DNA from: Sphaerodactylus townsendi | Taxonomy: Eukaryota | Assembly: GCF_021028975.2 (NCBI RefSeq) | Contig: NC_059436.1 | Span: forward strand, 26,412,001 to 26,476,000 | Direction of reading: 5' to 3' | Length of the DNA stretch: 64,000 bases | Part shown: positions 38,251-51,608 of the stretch, piece by piece | How positions within the stretch are numbered: the first letter of the stretch is position 1 | How the letters are laid out: each line of letters starts with the position of its first letter | Program-made: the position numbers and the translations under genes | Notes under the pieces: model-generated | Database searches by the model: none | Told to the model about the DNA's origin: nothing | The model's input: the letters and a program-made list of their open reading frames with translations, nothing else

Positions 38251-39634
38251 CGGCCCTGGAGCCATGTAGTGAGATATAAACCTCAGAACTGAATGTCAAG
38301 GAGGAGGGCACAAGAGCAAGGGAGGATTATCCTGATAATACAAGAGGCAGTGACTTTCATGGCAACCTCGTTCCAGAAAGGTCAGACAAGACCCTTCCAT
38401 CCCGATTTTACTTGCTATTCTACTGGAGGATGTGTGTGTGTATGAATGTGTGTGATTGTATGGCTAAGTATGTGTGGCTGTATTTTTGTTTAGTTAACCT
38501 ATTTTACCAGTATATTGTCACTTACCCTGAGGGTTTCCTGAGGAGGTGTGTAGCAGGGTATAAATCTCAAAGGAGGAGTAAAGAAAGAGGCATCAGGGAA
38601 TTATTATCTCCAGCAACTGGTATTCAAAGGTTTACTGCACTTGAACATGGATATCCCATTTAGCTGACTTGGTTAGGGACAGGGCACATAGACTTCCATG
38701 TATCAAATCAGGGTGGATATTGGGCATGGGATTGTAGTTATGACCAGACAGCACTCAGATCATTCTACACTTCTTAATGCCGTGTTCAAGAAGCCTCCTC
38801 TGGCAACTTTCCATTTCAAGGGAAGGTCAACAATGTGAGCATAATTCTCTTAATTCACTGGAGGTTCCCTTAATATAGATCTGTCAGAGGTCATTTAATG
38901 GTGTAGTTACAGGTGTTTTGCACCAGAGGGCACTGGAGAATAAGGCCCACCAAGTCTCAAAGAAGGTTTTTCTGTTGAAATAAGACATAAAATGAAATTC
39001 AAACCTACGGCTTGGCAAATAAAGGGGGAATGCCTATTTCCATCTCACAGATAACATTACTATGAGGGATTCTGTAGCTAAATTTGTTGCCTTGAGACAG
39101 GCAAGAAGAGATTCCCTCCATCTCTTACGAATTTAATACATTCCGCAGAACACTTGTGGCATGTGTTTATCCCAAGAGAAAAATGCTGCCCATTACAGAA
39201 GGATTTAATAATACGTGATTTATCTACAAACTCAACCTGAATTTTGCAGAGTGTAGGGAAAAAAACATTAAAAAAAACTTTATATCACATGCACCAATAG
39301 CTCCAGGAAAGCATTCCGTTTTCAATTCCCTGTGGTGGAACATAAATGGATAAAACGCTCTACGTTTGATGGATTTCTAGTTAATCTTACTTGATGACAG
39401 GAAGTTCAAGGCATTTAAAAAATTCCCAGGGTGTTATCCTTGATTCCTCATGATGCTGCTTTTTCAGACCCTGGAGATGAGTGTTATTAAGCGGAAATTT
39501 TATAATAAATACATTTTGCTAAGGAAAAAAGGAGTTTTGGCGGAGTTCCTGTAACCAAAAGGAATGAGCCCTAGTGAAAGCCATAAACACCTCCCACCTA
39601 GAGAGAGGTTGATGAGATTGCATGGAAAGACTAA

Positions 39635-40062
39635 GGCCCCTTTCGCACAGGCCAATTAAACCAGAATAACATTGGTAAAAAAACCAGGGTTGGGAGGGGG
39701 GGAACTTTGCATGGAGCAGATCCGCGTTGGGATTGGGATCTGTGCAAAGTTTCCTCCCAACCCTGGATTTTTTACTGGTGTTATCCCAATGGTTCTCCTG
39801 CCCCCAATCCAGGTTATTCGAGAATCATGATATGTGCACTTCTTTTGTTTTAAAGCGCCTTGCAGCTGCAGCTGAGCAAACGGCTGCAGCTGTGAGGTGC
39901 GTTAGGCAGCTGCGATCCAACAAGAGAATCACAGTTCCTGGCTCCCATCTGCAGAGCCATGCAAGGACAAGGGGCCATTTCATGGCCCTTGGGGTCAGTC
40001 ATGCCTGTCTCCGAAGCTGTGCAGGGACCTGCCCCAAAACGGCACCTCCGTATGAAGGCGCA
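39635..40062. mobile_element. Harbinger-like non-autonomous element with internal hairpin (39661-39785); right end uncertain
   Basis: Begins TAA|ggcccctttcgcacaggcc; internal inverted repeat ccagggttgggagg..aactttgca / tgcaaagtttcctcccaaccctgg. Confidence 0.6.
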
Positions 40063-40092
40063 TGCCCTGTTCACATGGCTGTCTGTCTACAG

Positions 40093-40175
40093 CAGGGGTC
40101 TGCAACCTGCAGCTCTCCAGATGTTCATGGACTGCAATTCCCATCAGCCCCTGCCAGCATGGTTGCAGACCCCTG
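40093..40175. mobile_element. Internally deleted hAT MITE (83 bp)
   Basis: TIR caggggtctgcaacc / ggttgcagacccctg; perfect TSD gtctacag; most of the right arm is missing. Confidence 0.92.
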
Positions 40176-40784
40176 GTCTACAGGACACGTGAACAGGCTG
40201 AGGCAAAGATGGGTTCATATAACCTGCCTTTCACCTGCTTTTATTTTGCTGTTTGGAAGGGGCCTAAGTTGGAGAAAGGGTCAGTCTAGTCTTTTATCAG
40301 AGGCTTTCTTGTTTTCTGTAGTAGCAGTACTGAGCCTTTGGGGCACTGAGAATAAACTTTTATATGGCCTGGTAACAGCTGGAGTCGTACAGCATGAATC
40401 AACAGGCAAACCATCCACACGGAGTCCCACCACCCCACAGACTCCTTTGAGAGGCTTTCCTTTGATCTGGATCAAAGGGGAAAGACTTGAGAAGCCCAGG
40501 AGCTGTGCTTGGAATAAGCACAATGTTGTGTGGACTCTGCTTTAAAAAGTTGGGGCATAGTGCTGTCCATTTAGGAAAAATCATGGTTTGGAAACAGACA
40601 ATAAGCTTAAAAGAACCAGAAGGTTGACCTCTGCAGGACCAAGGAGAGCTCCCAGGCATGACCGAAGTTGTTTCTAGAGGCCCAAGCAGAACCTAAGCAC
40701 CAAAACAACCCCTTAATGCCCAAGCCCCATGCCTTAACAGCTTAACAGCTGAGAACTAGTAGTAGTTGAGCCTGGTAACAAATT

Positions 40785-40951
40785 CACACTCCTTTAGGCA
40801 CTTCGCAAAGACATTTTATTTACCAAGCTTTCTGGCTACTGTTTCCCTTGTAACCAATTACACCCATTTAAAGTTTCCTCCTGTTTCACCTTGTGCTGCC
40901 AATTTTAGGAGGATCCTGTTTTAGAATCTTTGTTGCCATGTTTAACTGACT

Positions 40952-40986
<35 letters not shown>

Positions 40987-41070
40987 TTGTTATGTCTGCT
41001 GTTTCTGTTTTAATGGAATTAGCATGAGCCACATAGAGAGAGGTGCAGATAAATATTTTGTCAATAAATT
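40785..41070 (+). mobile_element. Old L2-like 3' end containing (TTTA)n at 40951-40988
   Basis: ctttaggcacttcgcaaagacattttatttaccaagcttt resembles the L2 ORF2 end; T-rich UTR; gagccac..agagaggtgcagataaat tail. Confidence 0.45.
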
Positions 41071-41576
41071 TAGAGGACCAGAGTTCTGGCTTAGCGTTCT
41101 ATTTTCTGATTTAATTCTGTCTTCCTGCTGGAAGCTTATAAGAGAGAGAAGGTCCCTGGATAGTTGGTAGAGTGGTGGAATTTCAGATTAGAGTTCCTTG
41201 CTTCAAAGGAGTATGTCACAGACGGAAGGAATTTCGGCTGGTTTCTCAGTCTCTGCGACAGAGCCAAATGTCTACCTGGCTAGCCTGCAAAATATTCTTC
41301 CTTAAGCCAGTTGGGGTTTGTGGTACTAATCTATACTGGACTGTTCAGTATGATCAGAAGTCAAGTACGGCACCCATTATGCCCTGGCTTTGTCAGGTCT
41401 CAATCCTTGGACACCATAAATAGAAACAGGAACCCTGCATTTCACATAGCTGCCAGAGGTCTAGTTGAGAATTATGTTGATGAATTCAGATAAGACAGCT
41501 TAATGCTTGATTCATCCCCTGGCATGTTGTTCCTGATATCATTAGGCATCTAGAGGCCTCCAAACCAAAGGCACAT

Positions 41577-41665
41577 AGTGCCCATCCCAAGCAGAGTTAC
41601 ACCTTTCTAAGCCCACTGATGTCAATGGAATTTTAAGCGTACAACTATGCTTAGGAGGGCATTGT
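41577..41665. repeat. Short palindromic MITE (partial relatives near 19490, 52545 and 63927)
   Basis: agtgcccatcccaagcagagttacac...ccactgatgtcaatgg...gtacaactatgcttaggagggcattg forms an imperfect ~88-nt inverted repeat. Confidence 0.65.
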
Positions 41666-42656
41666 CAGTTTCCTCAATCATGGGACCAGAAACTGTGTTA
41701 TGCTGCCTCACCATCCCCACAAGGATTCACCCTGTGACATCCCCAGGATTTTTGGAAGAGATGATACCCTTCTCCTTACTTCAAGAGGGGGAAGTCAAAA
41801 GCAGACTATAGTGTAAGTATTCCAGTTTCAGAGCTAGGACTAAATACACTTTAGCACACATTAATCATAGGTAGTTTTACTACTGAATTAGACATTTCTG
41901 TTGGGTGATATAAACCTTTTAGAATCTCCCCCATTCCAAACAAAAGCTTTTCTCAAACAAGAGGTTAGATTTATTATTTATCATACGCTAAGGACGTACA
42001 ATGTCAGTCTAAGCAGTTGCCTTATGTGATCGTAGATTATCATTTACTTGTTATAGAAGACACATTTCTGGTTTAGAAATCAAAGCCCCCTCAGCTTCCT
42101 TGGCAGAAGGAAAAGCTTACTTTATACAGATTTGGCTAGTTGCAGGTGGATGACATATTTAGCAAGTGCTTTGACTGTATCCTTGTAGGAAAGGTATAAG
42201 AACTAGCTGAAGGAGAGCAGAAATATGAACCACCGTTAACTAAGGTAGCTGAAGTTCCCAGTTCCCAGAAACAATATCTTGTCCCCCACCCTGAGCAGAA
42301 CATAAGGCAAAACATGTTCAGACTTGCCCCAGGAGACAGTACATACTGTCTCACCATCATACTGGGGATGATCTGCTGATGACAGGAAATGGAATCCTAG
42401 AAGCTCAGCCCCTGTATAATGAAAGCAGTTTGGCCCCTGTGGGTGCATTTGTCACAGATTATTCTTAATGGAGACAATTAAATACATTATGAGAGCCTGG
42501 CACTTTTGGTGAAAACCACTGGATTGATGTGGGGTAACACAACTATGGCTTGGTGCACACAAAGCAACCTGCATAGAGTTGTAATTTCAAGGCTGAGGAG
42601 ACACCACAGATATCACAAACTTCTCCTTCTTCAGCCTGCCAGGTGTTTTTGCTTAC

Positions 42657-42884
42657 CTCTTAGCTCCCCTAGGTCGAGTGTCTTCCCTAGTTGTTCTAGT
42701 AAATCAGCCCGGGCTGCGTTCTTTTTGTGTTTTTTCCCATCGTAGTGTTGCTGTGCCATCATTGGGTTATTAAACCACGCTGTGCAGAGCTGGCAGTACC
42801 GGTCAGAGTCTCTTCTCTGATGGGGTGGAGATACCACTGGAGTACTATCCACATGTGGCTGCTTTATAGAACTCAAGTTTGTCT
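42657..42884 (-). CDS. ZMAT4: ZMAT4 coding exon (3rd zinc finger)
   Basis: Translates (E)[75 protein letters not shown](G). Acceptor tttctgcag|AG, donor AGAG|gtaagc; 228 nt, phase 1 to 1; in frame with both neighbouring exons. Confidence 0.96.
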
Positions 42885-45800
42885 CTGCAGAAAGAAGTGA
42901 AATTTGTATACTTGACCACATGAAGTAATGCCATTTATTAATTCATCAATGTTTGACATTTATACTCTATTTTTCAGCACTTTGCTCCCAAGGAAGCTTG
43001 ACACAGAAGTAAATGGAACCCCCACCCGCATTAATGGGCCTAATTGCATGGCACATTTTCCCCAAGGATGCCCCTGGGTCAGATGGAGTCATATGTTCTG
43101 AAGGTCTGCACTTCCCAGGCATGCATGTGCCCAATTTGGTTCAGGACTGTGGAATGTGGAAAGGGGGTTTAGCTATTCTCCATTGCACCATTTCCTCAAC
43201 TTGATATGGCCTTAGGGGTGCTATTTGCCCCACTGGAGGCTGACACAGATACTGATGAACAACGTGTTACATTTCCCTACCCGGGCAAAAAGTACCCCCA
43301 GTGCCATTGCAGGTCAGGAAAATGGAATTGGAGGGGCGGGGATAGACCCTCTCTCCCGCTAACTACATTTCTGTTCCAATTCAGGCCATATGTGTGGGGA
43401 ATTACACAATTTCAGAATATGGGTCTTCACATGACCTGGAAACATAATATGTTAGCCCAAGGGGAATTGATCTCTCTCTCTCTTTCTCTCTCTCCTGCTT
43501 CTTCTGTGAAATAGCTGGCAGCTAATGTGGAACTGATCTGATCAGAGGTGTTGGCACTCGTCAACAAACGTAAAGGTGAACTGAAAGTTTGAAAATGTGT
43601 AGCCTGCTAGCCAGTGATGCTAAAGAGAAGAACTGTGATGTTGTACATATAACTATCAGATTCAGATAAACCAAAAATGCCAGTTACAGCTGCTTGTAAA
43701 ACTCCCTACACTAGTAATAATCTACAGAATTGGGTCTCCTTATGAGGCAAAATCTGCCCCCTGATACGGCTGGCCATATCTGCATAGACAGTGTTCCCCA
43801 CTGGAAGTCAGAGGCACAGCTGGGGAAAGTGTGGAGACCTAGTAAACTGATGAATGTACTGCTCTATTGCTTAGGCAAGAATGGAAGGCATCTGTATCAG
43901 GTTGGATCAACCCAGAGTCTTCACACTGTCTGCAAATCACAGGGGTTGATTGATATTGCACATTCCTTAGCTTTGAGACTACAGCTCATAATCCGAGGGG
44001 AGTTCACTAGGTTACATTCTGGCCTCAGGCCACAAGGATCCTGTTTCAAATCCTAGAATGTGAACCAAAAAATATCTTGTCAATGAATCAGGTCATCTGG
44101 CCAATAAGCCCCCTCCCACTTCGACTGTAGATTTAAAAAAAAAACAGGCAACTGTTTCTCATCTTACAGTCTCAGTAAGCACATTTCTAGGAGTGGAATC
44201 AAATAAGTACATTTTCTGCTAGGATCTAATTCCTTTCCCACATCAAAAAAGCTTCTTTCCCTTTCTGACTAAACTTTAATGAGATCACTTCTAGAGGGAA
44301 CTTCAAGGTGATGGAACCTTGATTATCTGACTCCTTAGAGGGCTTGGGGGTGGGGGTAATTACAAATTCCATATGCATAATTATGACCTCAACATTTTTA
44401 CAACAAAATATGATACATGTAACCATATCAATTACACCCCACTAATCCAAAAAGGATAAACAATCTTTTAAGGCGCTGAGTTTTTGGAAATGACAACGCC
44501 TCATGCTGTGTTACTATTTTTCTGAAGCCCTGATCTGTGAGCCACTAAGGAAGAGAAGAATGAAGCAAGCTGATCTTTCATAGAGGTAAGATCAAAGCAC
44601 ATTAGGAAAATGAGATCCTTGGTGCATCCGGCTGTGGAAAGGTGGAAAATATTCCTCTCTGGGGCAGCATTTATTTCCCCTTTCCAATCACCTCATTTTA
44701 CTCCTTAGAACACAAGTTTTTTTCTTTTGCATAATGTAATGACCTTGTCGACTCAACTCCTAACTGTTGTTGCTGAGGCAGATTTTTTGTTTTAAATGAC
44801 ATGCTAATGACAAAATCGCTCTACTGTTTGTCTCGGATCCAAACCTTGACTCAGGCATTCCTCTGGGAGCAGGTTCGAAAGGAAGCAAAATGATCCCTTT
44901 GTCCTGCATCCATTCATGCTGGTGGCCCAGCTTGCATTATTGGTTTCTCCATCAAAGAGGGGAGAAAGCATTATGAGAACTGGGCCTTCCTAAGTGTATG
45001 CAGGGCCCCCAATTCACACTGGAGGCTACCTGGGAAACAGAAGGGAGGGCCCTACTTGCCCCACTCCTTCTGTGTGCTATTCTATGCTGCCCCTGGATGA
45101 GTTTGTGAATGGTGGGGGGGGGAACTATATGGCTAAAACTAATTTGCCATTATACACTCCAAAAAGGGGGGAACAATTCAAATTCTGTTCCAACTCAAAG
45201 TCTATATCCCAATTCAACTAAAAAGGGTTGTGCACGTTGTATAAACGTCTGAATGCTTTGTTGTGCAAGATTTTGGGGGGGGGAGATGCATAAGGACAGG
45301 GCAGTATGAATGAATGCATAGCAGTCAGGCTAATGTCAGAAAGAAAAATGATAATGCATCAGCAAACCATTCTGAGCCATTAGCCTATCAAAAACCAGTG
45401 GATTTTTGCAGTAACCAATCACATTGGGGCACTTGGTATGAGGCTGGAGGGAACTGTAATGACTATCCAAGGTACAAAACAAAGAAACAGAAACCATGAA
45501 TGAATTGATTTTAAAAAGTAGAGGAAGGAAAAAAACAGACTTCATATTGACATCTATTTTCTTTGAGAGTCACTAAGATCCATTCCATGGATTGAAGAAC
45601 CCATTTGGAACAATGTGGTTTGAATTGAATTAATTAATCTGAGAACTTGTTTTACATCCCAAATAGTAACATTACAGACTTACATTTTGAAATGTTGGTC
45701 CTCCCTTATCACCCACTGTCCTCTTGTTTGCACCCAAGTGAAAATAAGGGATTGGGTTTAGATTAAACTGGGATTTCCTACTGATTTCAACTTCCTATTG

Positions 45801-48800
45801 CAACCCTCCCCCTTTGTTCTTCTGGATCTTTTATCCCTAAAAAAGGAGCATTTTGGAGATCTTTGGAGTGCAGTGGTAACCAGGGAACTTCCATTACACT
45901 AATGGAAAATGTAGTCTGGATTTAACCCATGGGGTATGCATACATCAATGTCTAAATCAAGGCATATACATATGGTAACTGACAACTGCATCTGACAAAA
46001 TGGAACAGGGGGGAGAGGAGGGGGCCGGTAGAGGGCAAAGAATGGGATTTCCTCTTCTCAGCTCATCCTTGCAGGTCCAAAACATGTGCATTTAAATTTT
46101 TGTCCATTTTTAAAAATTCTCCAGTCTTCACTTTTATATGTGTGCACGTTATGCAAGTTTGGAATGCAGTCGATACAGTATACGTACATAGAGCACACAA
46201 GTAATGTGTACCTCTGATTTATTGATGCACAAATAAAATTGACTTTTTAAAATAAACTGGGTAAATTTTATAGGGAAAGTGTGGTGCGAGGAGTTGGGAA
46301 GGGACAGAGAATCAGGAATTCAATTCTCTCACCACGGAGAAGGAGGCTCAACATGGGGACATTTCAGTCAAAATAGCAAGGATGAAAAATCTGAAAGCGC
46401 CTACTTCTTTGGGCAGTTTTGTACTATTACCTGCCTGGTGGCATCTCTTTGATGCCTCATGGTCAGCCTGCTTTTCCGCCGCTGCTTGAGACAGTGACTT
46501 GAGACAGGTGCCTGATTTTTGCAGAACTCCTGCTACTTTCATCCCTCTTCATCCCTTCCCACCACACCCCAGGCATTTTCCCTTTTACAAACACTGCAGG
46601 GTCAAAATGGTTACTAGGGATTGCTTTCGGAGGGAAATGTTGACTCCAGTAACAAACAGTTTCTTCTATAGCCTAAGGAAAATAATCAGACCTGATCTTC
46701 TCCTCCCTTCCAGCATTTAGGATTGCCTGTAATGGCTGCACAGGAGTCTTTAGGTATCTGAAATCTCGTAAATAGTTTTTTTAAAGGCTGTTACACATCT
46801 GTAGGACTGCAAGAGTTTATCATCAGATGTTTCACAATGCCTCTGGCTATAAAGCTAATAATTTTGTTCTTCTGGTCAGCCCTCTTCTTGTTTATTAGTT
46901 GGCTGGTGCCCTGGAGGGCATAAAACAGCATAATTCACCACGGCTGGTACTATCTTCAGAATTTATATCTGCTGCTTGCCGAAAATGTATGACCAAAGCC
47001 AGAAGACAATACACTGGCTGTCCTGAGTCTACGACACGCTGACATTTCAACAAAAGGGCTGAGTCAAATCCAGGTTTTGAGTTTCTACCTGACATTTTGC
47101 TTAAACTGAAATCAGAGGCAAATAGTTGAGGACACTTTAAGCAAACAGCCCAGGGAAGCCAATAAAATGAGTGAAATTTCTCAAGGAAAGGTAGCCCTTG
47201 TGTTCCTAGGTAAGCAGTGATGAGAGCATTTTCCTTATGTTGTTTCATCTTAAATCTGTTCATAGTTTTTATCAATTACTTTAATCCTCTATTTTTTTTA
47301 ACCACTGGTTTGTTTGGACTCTACATATACGTTTTATCTTTTTACACAATGTATATGGCATTGGTATGTGTCATTTGTACAAATCTGTAGACATAGCTGC
47401 AGGCAGGAGAGAACTTGACAGAGGGAAGCTGTTGTCCATGGCAGCAAACTGTCTCATTCTGCCTTTAGATATATAGGTTATCTAGTAAAAAGGAAATCTT
47501 CTCTTTAATGGCTGACCAAGGACAGGGCTGCTGGGCTCCACCATAGGCCCCCAGACAAAGCTTCCCATTGCTACATCACAAATTCCCCCAAATATGAATA
47601 AATGGGTTGCTATTAACATTTGAAATATCCAGTGTTCTTTGTCCATTCACATGTGGAAGTGCAAATCTGTCTGTTCAGAACGTCAATCAAACATTTGTCC
47701 TGTGTCTTTTTCAGAGCTAGGCTCAGATGATTTTTTAAAAAAGAAAATACATCAACGGACGGTAGCATCCAGGAAGCATTGTGGCAAGCAGCATTGCCAG
47801 GAGAACAGCGGAGAAGAGGTTTTTTTATTAAAAGCAGACTACTCATGCCCTGAAAAGGGTAAAAGGCATCAAGGACACTCAGGAACTGAGCAACAGATTT
47901 AACATTCCTTTGTAAATAAATAAATGACAAAACAAAACAGTCATAATTTCCCAGTAGGGCTCCAATGCTGTAAGGCTGCTTCTACTCAAGGACTTTTCAC
48001 AGCATGGAAAACAAAAAGCTGCTGCACTAAAAGGGGTTGGGGGGAAGAGGACCATAAGATGCTGGCACTGCTTTCCTTTTTCAGCTGTAGAAAAATAAAC
48101 CTATTTTAAATCAGCTCTTAGGGGTATCTGCAAAGTGACAGTAGGGAAATGTTCTTATGGACACTCCCTCTTTCACCACTACAGGGAGATGGAAAGCTCC
48201 ACTTCCAAAATGGTGCAGGGTAGCTTGCAGCCACATACCACCCCTTCCCCCTCCTTTTAACCCTTTAAAGGACTTTTCCCTTTCCCTGTCTGGGCATCCC
48301 TGGAGCTATCAGGATCAGGGGGTCTGACATGCCCTTCAGAGCCTCCCTGTGGGAGTCTCATCAAGCCTCAGAAGTCAGGAAGGGGTTAACAGCATCCTTG
48401 CTCTTCCTCCTCTCTTCCTTCTGCTTTCCCATATTGTTGATTAGCTGGCAAGAAGGCTTCATGTACTCCCAAGCTTTAGCTCCTGACCCTTATGAGAAAA
48501 TTCTCTGAGGTATTCTCTGTTCCTCCACTCTCTGCCTCCCAAAACACCTCTGGGTGTTGATGGGTGGGAGCTATTACTAACTGGGTGGTGACTGGGCCAG
48601 GCTGACCTCCATCCTTGTTGTCTCCCTCCTAAAATGGCCGTTGCCAATATATACCCTAAGGCTCAGGGTTGGCCCATGTAGCAGCTGTTCCTCCCTTGAT
48701 CCAGATGGTTCTCATAAAAGAGAGGGGGAACGGATGTTTGGGGGCCTTGGGAGGTCTCGGTACAATGGAGGAAAAGGAGAGGAATGGGAGGCGGGGGAAC

Positions 48801-49414
48801 AGCAGCAGCATCAAGCAGTTCAGGAGGGGGGGTGTGTGGATGCTGTTCAGATCCATTTGCACAATGCCGGTTGCTACTGCCCAGGTGGAACATAGCCTGC
48901 CCTCACCATTTTTTAAGGAATTTCCACAGGAATTCCTTCTCATCCCGAACACCGCTCCTGGGGCTCCGAAGGGTTTCTAATTTACGATGGAGCAAAGAGG
49001 AACATCCTTGGCTCTGACTCGAAGTGGAAACTACGCAGCTGCAGCTGCAGAAGAGTCTTTGTGTGGAGGCTCTCCCTGCAGCCATCTTTTGGTGCAGCTT
49101 TCAAAATGGTGTCTCTGCCAACTCTGCCAGCCCATATCAATCCTCCAACAAGGTTTTTTTAAAAAACCCAGCTCATTTATGACTCCTCTGTGAACCACCT
49201 ATCAGCAGTTATAGGGGAGGGGAGGACTGCCAGGCTGAGGGCAAGTGGAGATTCTTGTTGGATTGGCACAATTGTTCTCTAATGCAATGCTGGGGGAAGG
49301 AGTCTAGAAGCGAGTGACGCAGGGAAGGGGCACAAGGACACCATCCCAACATGCCTCCACTGTTCTTGCTGTGGCTTCCCCAGCGGAAGTGACATGTTGT
49401 GCCCTTGTGTGGAA

Positions 49415-49548
49415 ACAGTCAAAGGAAATCCTCTGAAGATGCCAGTCACAGATGCAGGCAAATCGTCATGCCACTGGAACACAGCCATACAGCCCGGAAA
49501 CCCCACAACACCCCAGTGATTCCAGCCATGAAAGCCTTCGACATTACA
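49415..49548 (+). mobile_element. Penelope-like element end, hammerhead core partly degenerate
   Basis: tcctCTGAAGAtgccagtcacagatgcaggcaaatcgtca...cagcccggaaaccccacaacacc...gaaagccttcgacattaca. Confidence 0.75.
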
Positions 49549-50269
49549 AAGGAAATTTTAAAATGTCACTTTATTTGGTGCAAGTGCTACGTACTGAACC
49601 CATCACTGATAACCATAATAATGCTTCCTCTTCTTTTCTGTTTCTATGCAGTCATGCAGTAAAGTACCATTTTTTTAAACAAATGGACAATAAGATTTAT
49701 ATTTAAAAACATAAAATGGATATGTTGCCTTTTGAAACGGTGCTTCTGTTGCTGGTCTGACCTCCCACCATCTAGAACCAACTGAATAAGCCAATTTCTG
49801 CCTCTTTTAACTGTCCCTCAGGGTGTTGTGAACCAAGAATCGTTCCTGGCTGTAAACCAAGATTAAACACACCTTTCATCCATCCCTCAACAGATGCTCC
49901 AGCTCAATGATGGCAGACTGCGCATGGAGCAGACATTCATCCTCTCCCAGTCTAGCTCTTGGTTTGATTGTTTTGATGTCCCATCTCAGCTTCCCTTGCT
50001 TCCTTAACTTCCACCGCCGACAGAAAACCTGGGGACTGTTGTTCACTTGTTAGATTCTGTCCTTCCTTGCTTTTGAGGAAGTGGGGCATCACTTGGGTCC
50101 TCGGGCCCACCCATTATGATGCAGACCACTCAAATTTTGTACCCGCAGCCTCTCCCTCTCAGTGATCCTCACAAGTAGAAGAAAATCAAACCTTGTTTTT
50201 CTGGAACGCTCAATTTTTGCGATATGAATACACTAATCACTGCATTTTCTATTGTGGATTTCTCATTGT

Positions 50270-50609
50270 GGAGGGGATATGATTGCTCTCTTTAAGTATT
50301 TAAAGGACTGTCACTTAGGGGAGGGGAGGGAGCGGTTCCTGTTGGCAGCGGAGAAGAGGACTGGCAGTAATGGGTTTAAATTACAGGCAGAAAGATTCTG
50401 ACTGGATATCAGGGGGGAAATTACAGTTAAGAGTTGTGCAACAGTGGAATCAGCTGCCTAGGGAGGTGAGGAACTCCCCCCCCCCCCTGACAGTCTAAGC
50501 AGCAGCTGGACAAACACTTCCCTGGGATGCTCTAGGGCTAAGTTGACCCTGCTTGGCACAGAGGGTTAGACTAGATGGCCTGAATGGCCCCTTCTGAAAT
50601 TCTATGATT
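50270..50609 (+). mobile_element. CR1 LINE 3' end (older subfamily)
   Basis: GDMIALFKYLKDCH...NGFKL...QQWNQLPREV-like remnant; 3' UTR gggttagactagatggcc and terminal attctatgattc. Confidence 0.85.
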
Positions 50610-51324
50610 CATGTGCAATGAAAAAACCTCAGCTTCTCTGCTTTTGTTAGAAGCTTGGAGGGATTTTATGGTTAGGCAAACAATAGGATGACTACATTGT
50701 CTGCAGTCATTTGACTTCTAGAAGTTAAAGGTAACAGATTCCATGTTACTGTGTGAAATGTATGACAGTCAAAATTCAAGAGACGAACTGATAGGGGGAG
50801 TTTCTTAAAATGCCACCTCTCTCACACACAAACTCAAGTTCAGAACAAAATGGCTGTCTACTATTTGCAAATGCTGGACGGAGAAATAAATGAATTTGCT
50901 GAGCTATCAATTAGAGGAATTCCAGTGCTGGTTTTGCATAGCCAAAGGAGACAGCAATAACTTCTAGCACGCAAGCAAATGACCACAAAACATGAACGCG
51001 CAGATATGTTTGGAGTGCCAAAGCCCCGTGGGCCTGGCTGATGGGTTGATGATCATCTAGAGGAATAAAGGCAACCATAATGAGCATCGGCAGGTTTTTT
51101 TTGTAAAAGGTTGCTATGGCAAAAGGAGCAATGAATAGCTGCTTTTGTTCCATTTTCTTCGTTCGCTGTCCATTTACTGTCCCAAATAGACAGAGACAGG
51201 TGGGACGCAATGCCAGTCGCTCCCATTTCTGCTCAGCAGGGGATCCAAAGTGAAAATGTGAACAGACAGAGAGTTCCATCGCTAAAAAAAAAAAAGCCCT
51301 GGGCTTCAATATTGTTGGACCTAC

Positions 51325-51481
51325 CTGTGGCCTTTAATGTCGGCTGCTCTCCTAGCAACAGTTTTAATCTTTTGGCGTGGATTTTCCCTTGATAGTGTGA
51401 CTCAGCCACCACGGCTGAAGTAAAGGACATGTTACACAATGTGCAGCACTTGTTCTTATCCACCGAGTCATCGTCGCTGCC
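51325..51481 (-). CDS. ZMAT4: ZMAT4 coding exon (2nd matrin-type zinc finger; probably orthologous to human exon 4)
   Basis: Translates [52 protein letters not shown], near-identical to recalled human ZMAT4 ([46 protein letters not shown]). Acceptor ctttcag|GGC at 51482, donor ACAG|gtagg at 51324; 157 nt, phase 0 to 1. Confidence 0.96.
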
Positions 51482-51608
51482 CTGAAAGATAAGGAAGAAC
51501 CAGAGATGTTAGCTACCAACCGTGATGGAGGTCACTGGCAGGCCCAGACTCGCAGGCAAACGCTGATCCAACAAAATTGCTTTATGCCTGAGCTGGGAAG
51601 TTCTAGAG

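Larger units (their letters stand above)
5152..42656 (-). other. ZMAT4: ZMAT4 intron (37,505 nt, GT-AG)
   Basis: Defined by the flanking exon boundaries; joining gives G|GT (Gly) in frame. Confidence 0.88.
42885..51324 (-). other. ZMAT4: ZMAT4 intron (8,440 nt, GT-AG)
   Basis: Defined by the flanking exon boundaries. Confidence 0.9.

Noticed and set aside
39727-40545. Longest ORF in the track (272 aa)
   Set aside because: Starts at TTG, runs across two MITEs and has no recognisable domain; a chance open frame.
48300-49240. GC-rich region with many overlapping short ORFs
   Set aside because: Possibly a decayed retroelement, but no motif, terminus or second copy was found to support a call.
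51233-51463. ORF-track boundaries of the ZMAT4 hits (also 42631-42921)
   Set aside because: The ORFs run past splice sites into introns; exon limits were reassigned from AG/GT signals and homology.
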